Counted from the stretch's first letter, positions 47,201 through 56,752 are shown. The stretch is DNA of 64,000 nucleotides from a bacterium (GCA_963693055.1 OY843751.1:4192001-4256000); one strand, 5' to 3'. Translations and numbers: made by a program. The notes: generated from the sequence alone by a model not told the origin.

Positions 47201-48317
47201 TCACCAAATCAAAATTAGTAATTGTACCGGAAAGATGGGCATCTACCTCTACAGATCCATCAAATTTTTCCGCAAAATTTCCCTCAAGTAACGGAGAAAA
47301 ATTTTCAAACTCTACGTGCGGGCTCTTTAGTTGAAGATCAAAGTAAGGAAACACAACATTATAGATTTTACCTGTTATTTCCATATATGAATCATTAATC
47401 CGTTGCGAAGCATTGTCAACAATCAGGTTCCAATCTTCAATATGAGACACCAGATTCATATCGGTAATCTGATAAATATCATCATACAACTCGGCCCCCG
47501 CATCTTTTATCCGCAAATCCCCGGATAAATCAAATCCCTCTTTGCCGGGTATACGTTCAAGATTCATTACCCCATTCACCTCGCCGGAAGTAAACCGCAA
47601 ATCAGGTACAAGCTCTTCAGGTATATAATCTTTAAGCTTGTAACGCATCAACTCAGCTCTAATGTGCGATATTGTGCCCTTTTTATTATGTGCCCGGGCC
47701 AGAATATTTAAATTGGCTTCGTTAGAATTGAATAATTTCCCCGTCAGGCGTAAATCAATAGAATCTGCCTTGTCTACGAAAAACCCACCTTCAATAGAAT
47801 GCGCAAGAAGAATGTTTAATGAATCATGAACCTGATAATACAACTCTCCATCAATAATAGATAAACGGTTCAAAATCTCTAGTCGTTGAAACTGCTTTTT
47901 GTATGTATCCTTAATTTCAGAAAAATTGGGATAAGAAAGTACTTTTTGAGTAGTATCCGATTGTTGTACACGGATATACAAACTAGGGTGATCAATCAAA
48001 ATATCCTGGGATATCGTTTGCGCATTAATGCCCTGTACCAACATCTTGAACAGATTAAAACCAACCCGAATGTTCTCTACAGAAACATCAAATTGCTTAT
48101 CCGGCAGTGGAATATCTACATCTGTGAACCGAACATTGCCAAAACCCAGCTTGACTTCTGAAATCGTACAATTTTCACCAAGCATAGGTCGAATCTGTTC
48201 AAGTACATAATTTTTGATCCGTTCATTTGCCTTAAAGTATTGTAAACCATAAAGATAAGCAATTACAATAATAACAAGCAAAGCAAATACAAATAGGACC
48301 CATTTACGTTCGCGCAA
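44205..48317 (-). CDS. AsmA/TamB-like large periplasmic bridge protein
   Basis: N-terminal TM anchor, 1370 aa beta-rich body, DUF490-like C-terminus (GKYIVDNVFFQY..EYQINPRL..RHWFPF); immediately upstream of bamA. Confidence 0.7.
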   Translation of the reverse strand: MRERKWVLFVFALLVIIVIAYLYGLQYFKANERIKNYVLEQIRPMLGENCTISEVKLGFGNVRFTDVDIPLPDKQFDVSVENIRVGFNLFKMLVQGINAQTISQDILIDHPSLYIRVQQSDTTQKVLSYPNFSEIKDTYKKQFQRLEILNRLSIIDGELYYQVHDSLNILLAHSIEGGFFVDKADSIDLRLTGKLFNSNEANLNILARAHNKKGTISHIRAELMRYKLKDYIPEELVPDLRFTSGEVNGVMNLERIPGKEGFDLSGDLRIKDAGAELYDDIYQITDMNLVSHIEDWNLIVDNASQRINDSYMEITGKIYNVVFPYFDLQLKSPHVEFENFSPLLEGNFAEKFDGSVEVDAHLSGTITNFDLVNRIHADSLLYNKVTVKNIDIDSRFNKNKFYFNQCDFNLLSNQISLLGVLDLGLDGKPMLGNLSIEGDMTRELMGFGADKLEKFGTSLSADIYGSLESPIVDGAGRIQLVSQDLDTTLLPVHVLLAENKLEINPDSSSDITASINLSSPLSWDIQFEELQKYILPHFHMPFADYFLKNFSVSGRLSGTNKEHRLFGRINRVEGGYFRNGFANVQMEFSNKKQLNGWGKFDLYPDEEYRLDGEFRFHQEKNKIVLNQFNLADQLFANVTLTDYNLLSGNVSAKSLEISDFYKTRETKFNGTLDMNLDISGSRQYPKLKSELDLKDLRYETLGPYSAHMEIGLDSANLSVPHLTLNSSDATLLYTQGSYNTLSDSLDFFVKGAGFNFEEIFITPEDEEPAFIGNGLVDISLTGSARNPRVEGLFAVKDGSVYDVPFDEIEVDLGAGESDYAGLFIDDFRLTRHDYYEVRGNGIYPFHNRDSLYINLTGEGNFLQILSDKVNFFKEPHSDCEFNASVSGSPENPVLEAATLKLENGDMYCNGVIPPMTELRGDFEFVPDDQFIHAKYITGKMGGKPFRISNTLAPVNSSKPLENILIGDTGLSLGIVIPQSFDKGVPLNIEGLMEPGVYGNLEMIGRDGEDHFYFAWIDGNPTFRGTIQLYDTEIMYPFYEGTSTPDPVVEDFFMRMEWDILVKPIQDVRYVKTFPGAIDNVYVNLQINEKYSELGFAGQLKDESFRIIGEARSTKGVIEYLGMDFRIERAGAEFDKSTLEPVVYGNARTTVADSAGIPSQIYLTMQTHDITMDKKPVDDIARLEDTRGRWNQIRFKLSSDNPSVGASERQILSTLGYSNATLQQNPAIDAIGFGTENLILRPLIRPVEKSLEKTFGLDYVRFSSMFAKNLLEFNLNNNLRVNNRLSLLKSTRLVVGKYIVDNVFFQYTGQVESGIDYRYKDINVGLHHRMGLEYQINPRLLLELEYDYDSLIWQRENRDDKRIVLRHWFPF

Positions 48318-48423
48318 ACATTATTCCCAAATAATACAACTAAAAAATTACAAAAAAAGCGGAATAATCCGCCCATAGTAATTATACAAATACAAAAATA
48401 TTAGGTTCCGGTTAAAATCAATT

Positions 48424-49179
48424 TCAGGATTGCATTTGTTCACTGACTTTGCCAAACCGTCTTTCCCGCTGTTGATAAGATTCAATCGCATCCAAAAAAT
48501 CTGATTCGTGAAAATCCGGCCACAAAGTGGATGTAATATAGAGTTCGGTATAAGCAAGCTGCCATAATAAAAAGTTACTAATTCGCATTTCACCACTGGT
48601 TCGGATCAAAAGATCCGGATCACCAATCTCAACAGTTTGCAGGTACTCACTAAAAACTTTTTCGTCAACTTGCGATATGTCTAGCTTCCCATCCTGGATA
48701 TCTTTATAAAGGGTCCTAAAAGACTGAAGAATTTCGTTTCTTCCGCTGTAACTCAAGGCGAGGTTCAGGATCAAGCCTGTATTCTTGCTTAATTTTTTAA
48801 TCGTGTTCTTAATACCAAGACGTGGCGCCATTGGCAACACATCTATATCACCAATTGCCATTAGACGCACATTTTTTTTATTTAAATCGTTTACCTCTTC
48901 CTTAATCGTGGAAACCAGTAAACTCATCAAAGCAGAAACTTCTTGTCTGGGACGTCTCCAGTTTTCAGATGAAAACGTATACAAGGTCAATGCTTTTATA
49001 TCCAACGAACCAGCGGCCTCTACAATATCACGAACTGAATTTACTCCTTCACGGTGGCCTTCAATCCTGTCAAGACCTCTTTTTTTTGCCCATCTGCCAT
49101 TTCCATCCATAATAATAGCAACATGAGCTGGAACCGGTCCCTGATTTTTTATTATTTCAATTCTTGCTTCATCCATCAA
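48424..49179 (-). CDS. uppS: Undecaprenyl diphosphate synthase
   Basis: HVAIIMDGNGRWA, FSSENWRRP, DLLIRTSGEMRISNFLLWQ, RERRFG; start may be ATG 49176. Confidence 0.97.
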   Translation of the reverse strand: MMDEARIEIIKNQGPVPAHVAIIMDGNGRWAKKRGLDRIEGHREGVNSVRDIVEAAGSLDIKALTLYTFSSENWRRPRQEVSALMSLLVSTIKEEVNDLNKKNVRLMAIGDIDVLPMAPRLGIKNTIKKLSKNTGLILNLALSYSGRNEILQSFRTLYKDIQDGKLDISQVDEKVFSEYLQTVEIGDPDLLIRTSGEMRISNFLLWQLAYTELYITSTLWPDFHESDFLDAIESYQQRERRFGKVSEQMQS

Positions 49180-49257
49180 TTTGTTTCTCTAGTATATACA
49201 CAATCTACAAATTTATTGAAAAAATCATCAATTGCAAGAATAATAAAAAGATAATTC

Positions 49258-49294
49258 AAAAAAAAAGCCCCGTATTAGCATCTCTATACGGGGC
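49258..49294 (-). terminator. Intrinsic terminator after the TPR gene
   Basis: GCCCCGTAT-N10-ATACGGGGC with an A9 run (U tract on the minus strand). Confidence 0.8.
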
Positions 49295-49316
49295 AATATA
49301 TTTTATCTATATATTC

Positions 49317-50408
49317 TTATTTTTGCAGTTCTTCAGCTTTCTTAAAACATGCTACACCTTCATCCTGATTGCCGGATTGGATGTGAGCCACACCAAGATT
49401 ATTCCACAAATTTACATTTTCAGGCTGTGCTTCAACACCTTTTTTCAAATAAGGAATAGAATTGGTATAAAAAGTTTTCATTGCTTCACGTTCTCCAGCA
49501 GCAACGGTTTCACCATTATTTTCTTTTTCGACCAGTTTTTTGCGCATCTCATCAGCAATACTCAAATAAGCGTTACCAACATTAATATTTGCATCAATAT
49601 CAGAAGGATCGTTTGCAATTACTCTTTCAAACAATTTGATAGCTTCTTCATATTCGCCACGCATATAATGCAAACGTGCTAAATTAAACAACAGGTCCTT
49701 AGCATCTGGATTTTTTTCGATAGCTTTTTTATAGATTTCCATTGCCTCATCTTTTTTACCCAGGAAATCAAGAGCCAGGGCCAAATTAGAAATAGCATCA
49801 GTATTATCAGGATCTTTTTCCAACAATGTTTTTTCAAGATCCACTACTTTTTGAAACTCTTTATCTTCAAAATAAGCACCTGCAAGCGCTTGAACAACTT
49901 CAGAATCATCAGGATTCATTTCAACAGCTTTTTCATAAGTTTCTTTTGACTTTTCCTTATCACCATTCTGTGTATATGCAATCGCCAGATTACGATATGC
50001 TTCGGCACGATTTGGATCAACAGTCAAACAGGTCTCAAATTGATTGATAGCACCTGCAAGGTCACCACTATTAATTCGATTTACACCAGAGTTAAAAGCA
50101 GTTACCCAATATTTATCACGGCTGCTTTTAATTTGAGCTTCGTAAGTAGGTGCCAGTTCAAGAGATTTATTATACATTTCATTCATCTTTTCCCATTCAC
50201 CCTGGTTTCCGTAACCTTCTCCCAGGAGATAAGGGGCTTCAGCATTAGTAGGGTAAAGCTGTACAGCTTGTTCCAGCTGAGTAATTGCATTATTCCAGTC
50301 ATCCTGTTGAATATACACTTTTGCGGAAGTGAGTTCTTTGGGAGTACATCCCATGAATGCAACCATTCCGATTAGAATAAACATGACTGCAAAATAACGA
50401 ATCTTCAT
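49317..50408 (-). CDS. Tetratricopeptide-repeat lipoprotein
   Basis: Lipobox AFMGC; multiple TPRs (AYRNLAIAY, LFNLARLHY, WNNLGVAH); RBS AGGAG. Confidence 0.85.
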   Translation of the reverse strand: MKIRYFAVMFILIGMVAFMGCTPKELTSAKVYIQQDDWNNAITQLEQAVQLYPTNAEAPYLLGEGYGNQGEWEKMNEMYNKSLELAPTYEAQIKSSRDKYWVTAFNSGVNRINSGDLAGAINQFETCLTVDPNRAEAYRNLAIAYTQNGDKEKSKETYEKAVEMNPDDSEVVQALAGAYFEDKEFQKVVDLEKTLLEKDPDNTDAISNLALALDFLGKKDEAMEIYKKAIEKNPDAKDLLFNLARLHYMRGEYEEAIKLFERVIANDPSDIDANINVGNAYLSIADEMRKKLVEKENNGETVAAGEREAMKTFYTNSIPYLKKGVEAQPENVNLWNNLGVAHIQSGNQDEGVACFKKAEELQK

Positions 50409-50442
50409 TATTAACTCCTATTATTAAATTTAAAATTCAATA

Positions 50443-50471
50443 AATTTACTTAAATTTATATTTCAAATCAA
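50443..50471 (-). promoter_or_regulatory. Putative sigma70 promoter of the TPR gene
   Basis: Minus strand TTGATT, 17-nt spacer, TAAATT, in an AT-rich region. Confidence 0.45.
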
Positions 50472-50545
50472 GAAAATTTTTATTTTCCATTTAAATTAAA
50501 CATTCTAACTAGCTATTAATTCACAACTTTTTTCTAAAATTATTA

Positions 50546-51583
50546 TTAAAACAATTTTTCTATAGCTTCCTTGTACGGAGCTTTTAATATTCCTTTTTCT
50601 GTTACAATAGCAGTGATATTACTTGCCGGTGTTACATCAAACGCAGGATTATAGACCTTGACATCCTCAGGGGCAATAAATTGACCATTAATTTTGAGTA
50701 CTTCTTCATCACTACGTTCTTCAATTGGAATTTCATTACCACTATTCAATTGAACATCAAAAGTTGAAAGCGGTGCAGCTACTATAAATGGAATATTGTG
50801 CTCCTTGGCTAAAATAGATAATCCATATGTACCTATCTTGTTAGCCACATCACCATTTGCTGCAATACGGTCTGCACCCACTATTACGGCATTTACAAGT
50901 CCTTGTTTCATTACCACAGCCGCCATACTATCACAGATCAATGTAGTATCTATTTCATCTTCCATCAACTCAAACGCAGTCAATCGCGAGCCTTGTAACA
51001 AGGGGCGCGTTTCGTCTGCATATACTTTAACTTTCTTACCAACTTTTACGGCTTCTCTTACAATACCCAATGCGGTGCCATAATCTCCGGTTGCCAATGC
51101 ACCTGCGTTACAATGGGTTAAAATATTCGCTCGATTTTCAAGCAACTGCACTCCATACCGGCCTATTTGTTTACAGCGTTCAATATCATCTTCAAGCAGT
51201 CGTTGTGCCTTTTTCAAGAGCGCCAGTTTAGTTTCGCGTAATGACTTGTTCAGGTTTGAAGATAATGTTTTGCGCATTGCATCCAAGGCCCAGAATAAAT
51301 TCTTGGCTGTAGGACGCGTGGCTTTAAGCTCATCAATTGCCTTGTTTGCAATCATTAAAAAACCGGGACGATCAGATTCATCCAGGTACCACACAGCTAA
51401 AACAACACCAAATGCTGCGGCAATACCAATAGCAGGAGCACCTCTCAAACTCATATTTTTAATGGAATTAACAATTCCATGATAATCTGATATTTCCAAC
51501 AAAACCAACTCTTCGGGCAGTTTTCTCTGGTCCAGTATCCGTACTTTTCCATCATGCCATTGTATAGATTTAACATCCTGCAT
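50546..51583 (-). CDS. mtnA: S-methyl-5-thioribose-1-phosphate isomerase
   Basis: LDQRKLP, RGAPAIG, TRPTA, THCNAGALAT, ETRPLLQGSRLT, ANKIGTY, NPAFDVTP; ATG 51583 preferred over TTG 51595. Confidence 0.95.
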   Translation of the reverse strand: MQDVKSIQWHDGKVRILDQRKLPEELVLLEISDYHGIVNSIKNMSLRGAPAIGIAAAFGVVLAVWYLDESDRPGFLMIANKAIDELKATRPTAKNLFWALDAMRKTLSSNLNKSLRETKLALLKKAQRLLEDDIERCKQIGRYGVQLLENRANILTHCNAGALATGDYGTALGIVREAVKVGKKVKVYADETRPLLQGSRLTAFELMEDEIDTTLICDSMAAVVMKQGLVNAVIVGADRIAANGDVANKIGTYGLSILAKEHNIPFIVAAPLSTFDVQLNSGNEIPIEERSDEEVLKINGQFIAPEDVKVYNPAFDVTPASNITAIVTEKGILKAPYKEAIEKLF

Positions 51584-51598
51584 AAATGATCCCAATTT

Positions 51599-52891
51599 TT
51601 ATAAATAATTGTCTAATAATTTTGAAATTTTTTCTGATGCGCCTGTATTCTGTTTGATAAAATTCAGAGCACGAGTCCCGGTTTCGCGTAACTTGTCCGG
51701 ATGGTTAATAAAATCATCCAGAACGTTTAAAAGGTCGCTTTCACCTTTAATCTCTTTTGCACCTTTTGCATCAATCAGGAACCGGGGCTCAACCGAAATG
51801 ATATTTCTAGGCCCAAAACATACAGCACAACCATGTGCTGCCGGCTCTAGCACATTATGAACACCAGGGCTGAATCCACCACCAACATAAGCTAATAATC
51901 CCAATGCATATAAATTGGCAAGTAATCCGATACGGTCAATAATTAAAAACCGAAAATCCCGTTGCTCAGGAGCTTGCTCCAATTGCGATAATCTTACAAA
52001 AGGTATATCATGAGTTTTTAATAATCCCTCTATTAGCGCAATATGCTCGGCTGTTGTTTCATGAGGCGCAAGTACAAATCTAAATTCAGGATCAGATTTT
52101 AATACAGAAACAGTCGCAGGTATCCACAATTTATCATCTGTTGGCCAGGTACTACCAATAATACATGTCTTTTCATGGACAAAATATTTTTCATCAATCA
52201 GCCACTGAATTTTATCAAGCTGACGACTCCGTTGCAGCACTCTGTCATACCGTGTATCACCAAAATTTTCTATATTACTTTTATCAGAATACAACATTTC
52301 AAACCGTTCAGAGCTCTTGTCCGATACAGTCAAAATCTTGTTAAATCCTTCAAGCACAGTTCGAAAAGGGACTCTGAACCTGTAGTATGTCTTTTCATTC
52401 TTGTCCGTAATACTTGCGTCAATAAGGAATGAGGGCATTTTTCTTTTACGTATTTGCCATTGCACATTGGGCCAAATATCATGACGGACTGTTATCGCAA
52501 CAGCCGGTTTTACAATTTTTAAAAAGCGTCTTATATGAAACCAGCCGTCAATAGGCATGTAGGTTATTACCAAACGGGGATGCTGAAATTTTATATTGGT
52601 ATATGCTGATGGAGAAAAAACGGATAAAATAACAATTGCATTTTTAAAACGCCCCAGTACTTGTTCAATTACCGGCATTCCCTGCTCAAATTCACCCATT
52701 GAAGCAACATGTATCCAAATTCGTTGCTGCACATTTTCAAATTCTGACAGATTTTGCTCAAGCCGTTTGAATAATCCTATCCTACCCAGAATACCCTTGC
52801 GAATTTTAGGATTAAAAAATACGGCAATATGTACAAGAATAAAAAAAAGTGGAATGAATAAAAAATTATAAATCAAAAAAAAAGGTGTCAT
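51599..52891 (-). CDS. waaA: 3-deoxy-D-manno-octulosonic acid (Kdo) transferase
   Basis: IWIHVASMGEF, YMPID, GDTRYD, GSTW, APHE, YVGGGF..HNVLEPAA. Confidence 0.92.
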   Translation of the reverse strand: MTPFFLIYNFLFIPLFFILVHIAVFFNPKIRKGILGRIGLFKRLEQNLSEFENVQQRIWIHVASMGEFEQGMPVIEQVLGRFKNAIVILSVFSPSAYTNIKFQHPRLVITYMPIDGWFHIRRFLKIVKPAVAITVRHDIWPNVQWQIRKRKMPSFLIDASITDKNEKTYYRFRVPFRTVLEGFNKILTVSDKSSERFEMLYSDKSNIENFGDTRYDRVLQRSRQLDKIQWLIDEKYFVHEKTCIIGSTWPTDDKLWIPATVSVLKSDPEFRFVLAPHETTAEHIALIEGLLKTHDIPFVRLSQLEQAPEQRDFRFLIIDRIGLLANLYALGLLAYVGGGFSPGVHNVLEPAAHGCAVCFGPRNIISVEPRFLIDAKGAKEIKGESDLLNVLDDFINHPDKLRETGTRALNFIKQNTGASEKISKLLDNYL

Positions 52892-52900
52892 TATGCGGAC

Positions 52901-53425
52901 TTATTGTAATGCTCTATAAGATTTTAAGGATTCATAATCAGAACCGATAATCAGGGTAATATCTGATTCGACTTCATCATTTTGTATGCGATATACCATT
53001 TCAGATGTCACACCTATCAAATCCTGAAATTTATCAATATATTTTCGTTCTTTGCGTTCGCGGTTGATGATTACTGTTTTTTCATAATCCCAGTTTGGAG
53101 CATTTCCAACATCAACTACTTTGTATTTTTTACGTTCAAGTAATTCTGCAAATTCGTTAGCTATACCACTCACACCACAACCATTCAATATCTGCACCTT
53201 GATAGGATCATCAATCGTAAAATCAGAGGTTACAGTAGGGGTTTGCTCTGGTGTTACCAGTTTGTGCACAAAGGAAGAAATCAATACTGCATTCACTACA
53301 ACCAGGGCCCATATAAAGAAAAGATTGAAATTTTGTTTTACAGATAATAATAAAGTATTAGAAGATTTTTTCTTGCTGGATGTATTCCGCTTTACTGGCT
53401 TGCTTTGCTTTTTTCGAGTGCTCAA
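52901..53425 (-). CDS. LytR C-terminal domain membrane protein
   Basis: Basic N-terminus, one TM, VQILNGCGVSGIA..VGNA..DITLIIGSDY. Confidence 0.85.
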   Translation of the reverse strand: MSTRKKQSKPVKRNTSSKKKSSNTLLLSVKQNFNLFFIWALVVVNAVLISSFVHKLVTPEQTPTVTSDFTIDDPIKVQILNGCGVSGIANEFAELLERKKYKVVDVGNAPNWDYEKTVIINRERKERKYIDKFQDLIGVTSEMVYRIQNDEVESDITLIIGSDYESLKSYRALQ

Positions 53426-53472
53426 ATTGTCTTCCTTTTATTTTTCTGGCAGCAATAATGCTGCTTTCTTTT

Positions 53473-53934
53473 CTACCAGCGGTCAAATCGATTATAATAA
53501 TAACTTCCATAAGGTATCTGGCGGTATTCCAGATCAATTACCATGTTCTTGGTGGGTTCATAACGTAAACTCGCACCTGAAACAAATGGCCCGCTCTGCA
53601 ACATGGATAAATTCTCATTATTACCAAAGGGTTGATGAGAAATTCCCCACTGAAAAGATACTGTAAGAGGCATTTTAAAATGATAGGTAAGTGTATTCAA
53701 ATAGGTACTTTGAGTAATTCCCTGGCCTCCAAATGAACTATACCCCATCTGATAAGAATGTTGCATATCCGATTGAGAGGGATCAAGACCTAATATACCC
53801 ATAGTATTTGAACCGAGTTTTGCAGTTGTATTCAACAATGTACTGATACCGACCGGTTCATCCAATGGCTTGAACTGACCAAAAGCTACCAGGGGCAGCA
53901 AAATCAAGAATATTAGATTTGTTCGTTTCATCAT
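53473..53934 (-). CDS. Hypothetical exported protein
   Basis: Signal peptide ending AFG-Q; beta-strand-like MQHSYQMGYSS, YLNTLTYHF, LRYEPTKN. Confidence 0.7.
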   Translation of the reverse strand: MMKRTNLIFLILLPLVAFGQFKPLDEPVGISTLLNTTAKLGSNTMGILGLDPSQSDMQHSYQMGYSSFGGQGITQSTYLNTLTYHFKMPLTVSFQWGISHQPFGNNENLSMLQSGPFVSGASLRYEPTKNMVIDLEYRQIPYGSYYYNRFDRW

Positions 53935-54022
53935 ATCAGTTTACCAGTATTGTTTAATTGCATTACACAAAATTAAAAAAAAATGTCATAATGTCAACAG
54001 ATATTTACAGGTGACTAAAATT

Positions 54023-54862
54023 TCACACCTCAATAAAACAATTATCAATCAGTCGCGTAGTACTGATATAAACAGCAAGCATAACATTGATATTTCCGGT
54101 AATTGTTGTTACCGGCTTTAAATTCTCAGAATCAACAATTTCTACATAATCTATACTTGCATGTTCTGCTGCGCCTATATGTGTTTTTAATTTATTTAAA
54201 AGCTTTTCAACATCTCTCTCACCCGCTTTAACCGCAGATTTGGCAATCTCTAAAGACTGGCTCAAAACCAGGGCCTCTTTACGCTCTGTAGGTGACAGAT
54301 ATTTATTTCTTGAACTCATGGCCAAACCATCAAGTTCCCTAACAATTGGCGCCAAAACAATTTCAACATCCATGTTCAGGTCCTGTACCATTTTTTCAAT
54401 TATGCGGGCCTGCTGAAAATCTTTTTGTCCAAATACTGCAAGGTGGGGTTTTACAATATTAAACAGCTTTGTTACAACTGTTGTCACACCATCAAAGTGC
54501 CAGGGACGCGAAGCACCACAAAGTCCTTCTGTCAATTCTTTAACATGCACAACCGTCACCGGCTTTATATACATTTCATCATTCGCGGGCACAAACAAAA
54601 CGTCTGTACCGTTCTCATAAGCCATTTTTTTGTCATGTTCCAGATCACGGGGATAACTGGAAAAATCTTCCTTGGGACCAAACTGTGTGGGATTCACGTA
54701 AATGCTTGTTACAACACAATCCGATTTTTCTGCTGCAATCCGCATGAGTGATGTGTGCCCGTCATGCAAATATCCCATGGTAGGAACCAGCGCTATCGTC
54801 TTCCCTGCACGTCTCCACTCATCGGCCTGGTGCTGCATCTCTTTAACGGATTGGATGATCAT
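54023..54862 (-). CDS. panC: Pantoate--beta-alanine ligase
   Basis: VPTMGYLHDGH, VNPTQF, FGQKDFQQ, GLAMSSRN, RLIDN. Confidence 0.97.
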   Translation of the reverse strand: MIIQSVKEMQHQADEWRRAGKTIALVPTMGYLHDGHTSLMRIAAEKSDCVVTSIYVNPTQFGPKEDFSSYPRDLEHDKKMAYENGTDVLFVPANDEMYIKPVTVVHVKELTEGLCGASRPWHFDGVTTVVTKLFNIVKPHLAVFGQKDFQQARIIEKMVQDLNMDVEIVLAPIVRELDGLAMSSRNKYLSPTERKEALVLSQSLEIAKSAVKAGERDVEKLLNKLKTHIGAAEHASIDYVEIVDSENLKPVTTITGNINVMLAVYISTTRLIDNCFIEV

Positions 54863-54868
54863 ATAAAA

Positions 54869-55687
54869 TTAAAAACTCTCTTTATCTGATGGAAAATCGC
54901 TTCGCTTAATGTCTTCCGAGTATTCTGAACATGCTTTTCTGATTGCCTGACCCATTTCCGCATAACGACGTGCAAATTTGGGTTTAAATGTTTCATACAT
55001 CCCCAGCATATCTTGAGTAACCAGGATCTGACCATCGCAATGCGGCCCGGCTCCTATCCCAATTGTAGGAATTTGTAGTGTTTCAGTCACCTGTTTTGCA
55101 AGTTCAGCAGGAATCTTTTCAAGCACCAGCGAAAAAATACCGGCATCCTGCAATTCCCGGGCATCCGATAAAAGTTTTTCCGCATCTACTTTAGACGTTG
55201 CTTGCAATCCGTATCCGCCTAGTTGATGCACAGATTGCGGACGAAGACCCAGATGCCCCATAACAGGCATTCCGCATGTAACCATTCGGCGCACAGTTTC
55301 GGCAATTTCTTTACCACCTTCAAGCTTGACAGCTTCAACATTGGCTTCCTTGAAAAAACGTCCGGCATTTTCCAAAGCTTTTTCAACAGATACCTGATAA
55401 GACATAAAGGGCATATCCGTAACAAATAATGCACGTTCTATGCCTCTGCTAACCGCTTTACAATGATACAATGCTTCTTCCATGGTTAGTGGTAACGTAT
55501 TTTTATTCCCGCCAAAAACCATTGAACCGGAATCACCAACAAGAATAAGATCAATTCCTGCCTGGTCTAACAAACTTGCGAAAAGAAAATCATAAGCTGT
55601 TAATGCAGAAATCCGCTCACCACGGGATTTCATAGCGATTAGCGAAGGTACAGTAACTTTTTTGGTATCAGGTGTATGACTACTCAT
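54869..55687 (-). CDS. panB: 3-methyl-2-oxobutanoate hydroxymethyltransferase
   Basis: LTAYD, LVGDS, DMPFMSY, KLEGG, GHLGL, IGIGAG..DGQILV. Confidence 0.97.
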   Translation of the reverse strand: MSSHTPDTKKVTVPSLIAMKSRGERISALTAYDFLFASLLDQAGIDLILVGDSGSMVFGGNKNTLPLTMEEALYHCKAVSRGIERALFVTDMPFMSYQVSVEKALENAGRFFKEANVEAVKLEGGKEIAETVRRMVTCGMPVMGHLGLRPQSVHQLGGYGLQATSKVDAEKLLSDARELQDAGIFSLVLEKIPAELAKQVTETLQIPTIGIGAGPHCDGQILVTQDMLGMYETFKPKFARRYAEMGQAIRKACSEYSEDIKRSDFPSDKESF

Positions 55688-55705
55688 AGAATTGAAATAT
55701 CTTTA

Positions 55706-56629
55706 TTAAAAATGACCGGACAATGTAAAACGATTCAGACTCCCCAAAACTCCCATTGAAGAATAAGAATAATCAATATTAAAGCTGGAAAAAATCAATC
55801 CAAATCCAACTGCACCACCGGCAAAAGTATCATTTGAAGAATCTACATGCATTTTGCGGCCTACCAGATCATAACCCAATCTGAACAGCAATCGCTCGGA
55901 AAGCGTAAACTCACCGCCAACAATTCCCTGAAAAGATTCGTCAGAATATTTGTACACATTCACATTTAATAGCAAAGGTAAATGTGCCAGTCTTTTAGAA
56001 AACCCGGCACGAAGGTTCATTGGCAGGTCATCTTTGGTCTCTACAAAAGCAGAGACAGCCTGGCCAACATTAAAAAATCCAGCGGCAAACGTTAGATCCT
56101 GTGAAGGGATGGTATACATAATTCCGCCGTCAAGAGCCATAGCATCGGCAGAAAAATTATCAATAGTAGCATGTATATATTTACCAGTAAATCCGACAGA
56201 AAGATTATCCATAACCTTAATTGCATATGTAGCGTTAAAAGCAATATTATTTACTCCAAACGATCCCATTGACTCACCGGTTTTGTCCAGCTTTTCAAAG
56301 TCACCATAGTTTTTGTATAACACACTGAGACCAACGCTGCCACCCCACAGGTTGGGTTGTACCATTCCCATGAATCCTGTAGAAATATCCAGTATATCAT
56401 CAGCATAGGTTGCGGTACCCGCACGGCTGTCAAGGGTGGTTATTCCGGCAGGATTATAATGCAGCGCGTTCACATCACCCGTTACCGCCACAAATGCGCC
56501 ACCCATTGCCGAAGGACGAGCGCCAACATTAGACTTTAAAAACTGAAATCCCGTTGTTCCCGGAGAATATGCAAAAAGAAATGAATATAGTAGCAGATTC
56601 AAAAAAACTGCAAAACCTAATCTCTTCAT
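55706..56629 (-). CDS. PorV/PorQ (UPF0164) family outer-membrane beta-barrel protein
   Basis: Signal peptide; FQFL..GARPSAMGGAFVA..YNPAG N-terminal motif; C-terminal Phe. Confidence 0.8.
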   Translation of the reverse strand: MKRLGFAVFLNLLLYSFLFAYSPGTTGFQFLKSNVGARPSAMGGAFVAVTGDVNALHYNPAGITTLDSRAGTATYADDILDISTGFMGMVQPNLWGGSVGLSVLYKNYGDFEKLDKTGESMGSFGVNNIAFNATYAIKVMDNLSVGFTGKYIHATIDNFSADAMALDGGIMYTIPSQDLTFAAGFFNVGQAVSAFVETKDDLPMNLRAGFSKRLAHLPLLLNVNVYKYSDESFQGIVGGEFTLSERLLFRLGYDLVGRKMHVDSSNDTFAGGAVGFGLIFSSFNIDYSYSSMGVLGSLNRFTLSGHF

Positions 56630-56666
56630 AATTTCACCTGTTCAGGTTGATATGTAAAAAAAAAAG

Positions 56667-56739
56667 AGCCACCTGTCGGAATCGAACCGACAACCTGCTC
56701 ATTACGAATGAGCTGCTCTACCGACTGAGCTAAGGTGGC
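56667..56739 (-). tRNA. tRNA-Thr (anticodon CGT)
   Basis: Minus strand GCCACCT TAGCTCAGTCGGTAGAGC A GCTCA TTCGTAA TGAGC AGGTT GTCGG TTCGATT CCGAC AGGTGGC T; full cloverleaf; CCA not encoded. Confidence 0.97.
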
Positions 56740-56752
56740 TTTTCAGACAATA

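Noticed and set aside
48352-48372. Small hairpin GCGGA-ATAA-TCCGC with an A-run between uppS and the TamB-like gene
   Set aside because: Only a 5-bp stem; too weak to call a terminator.
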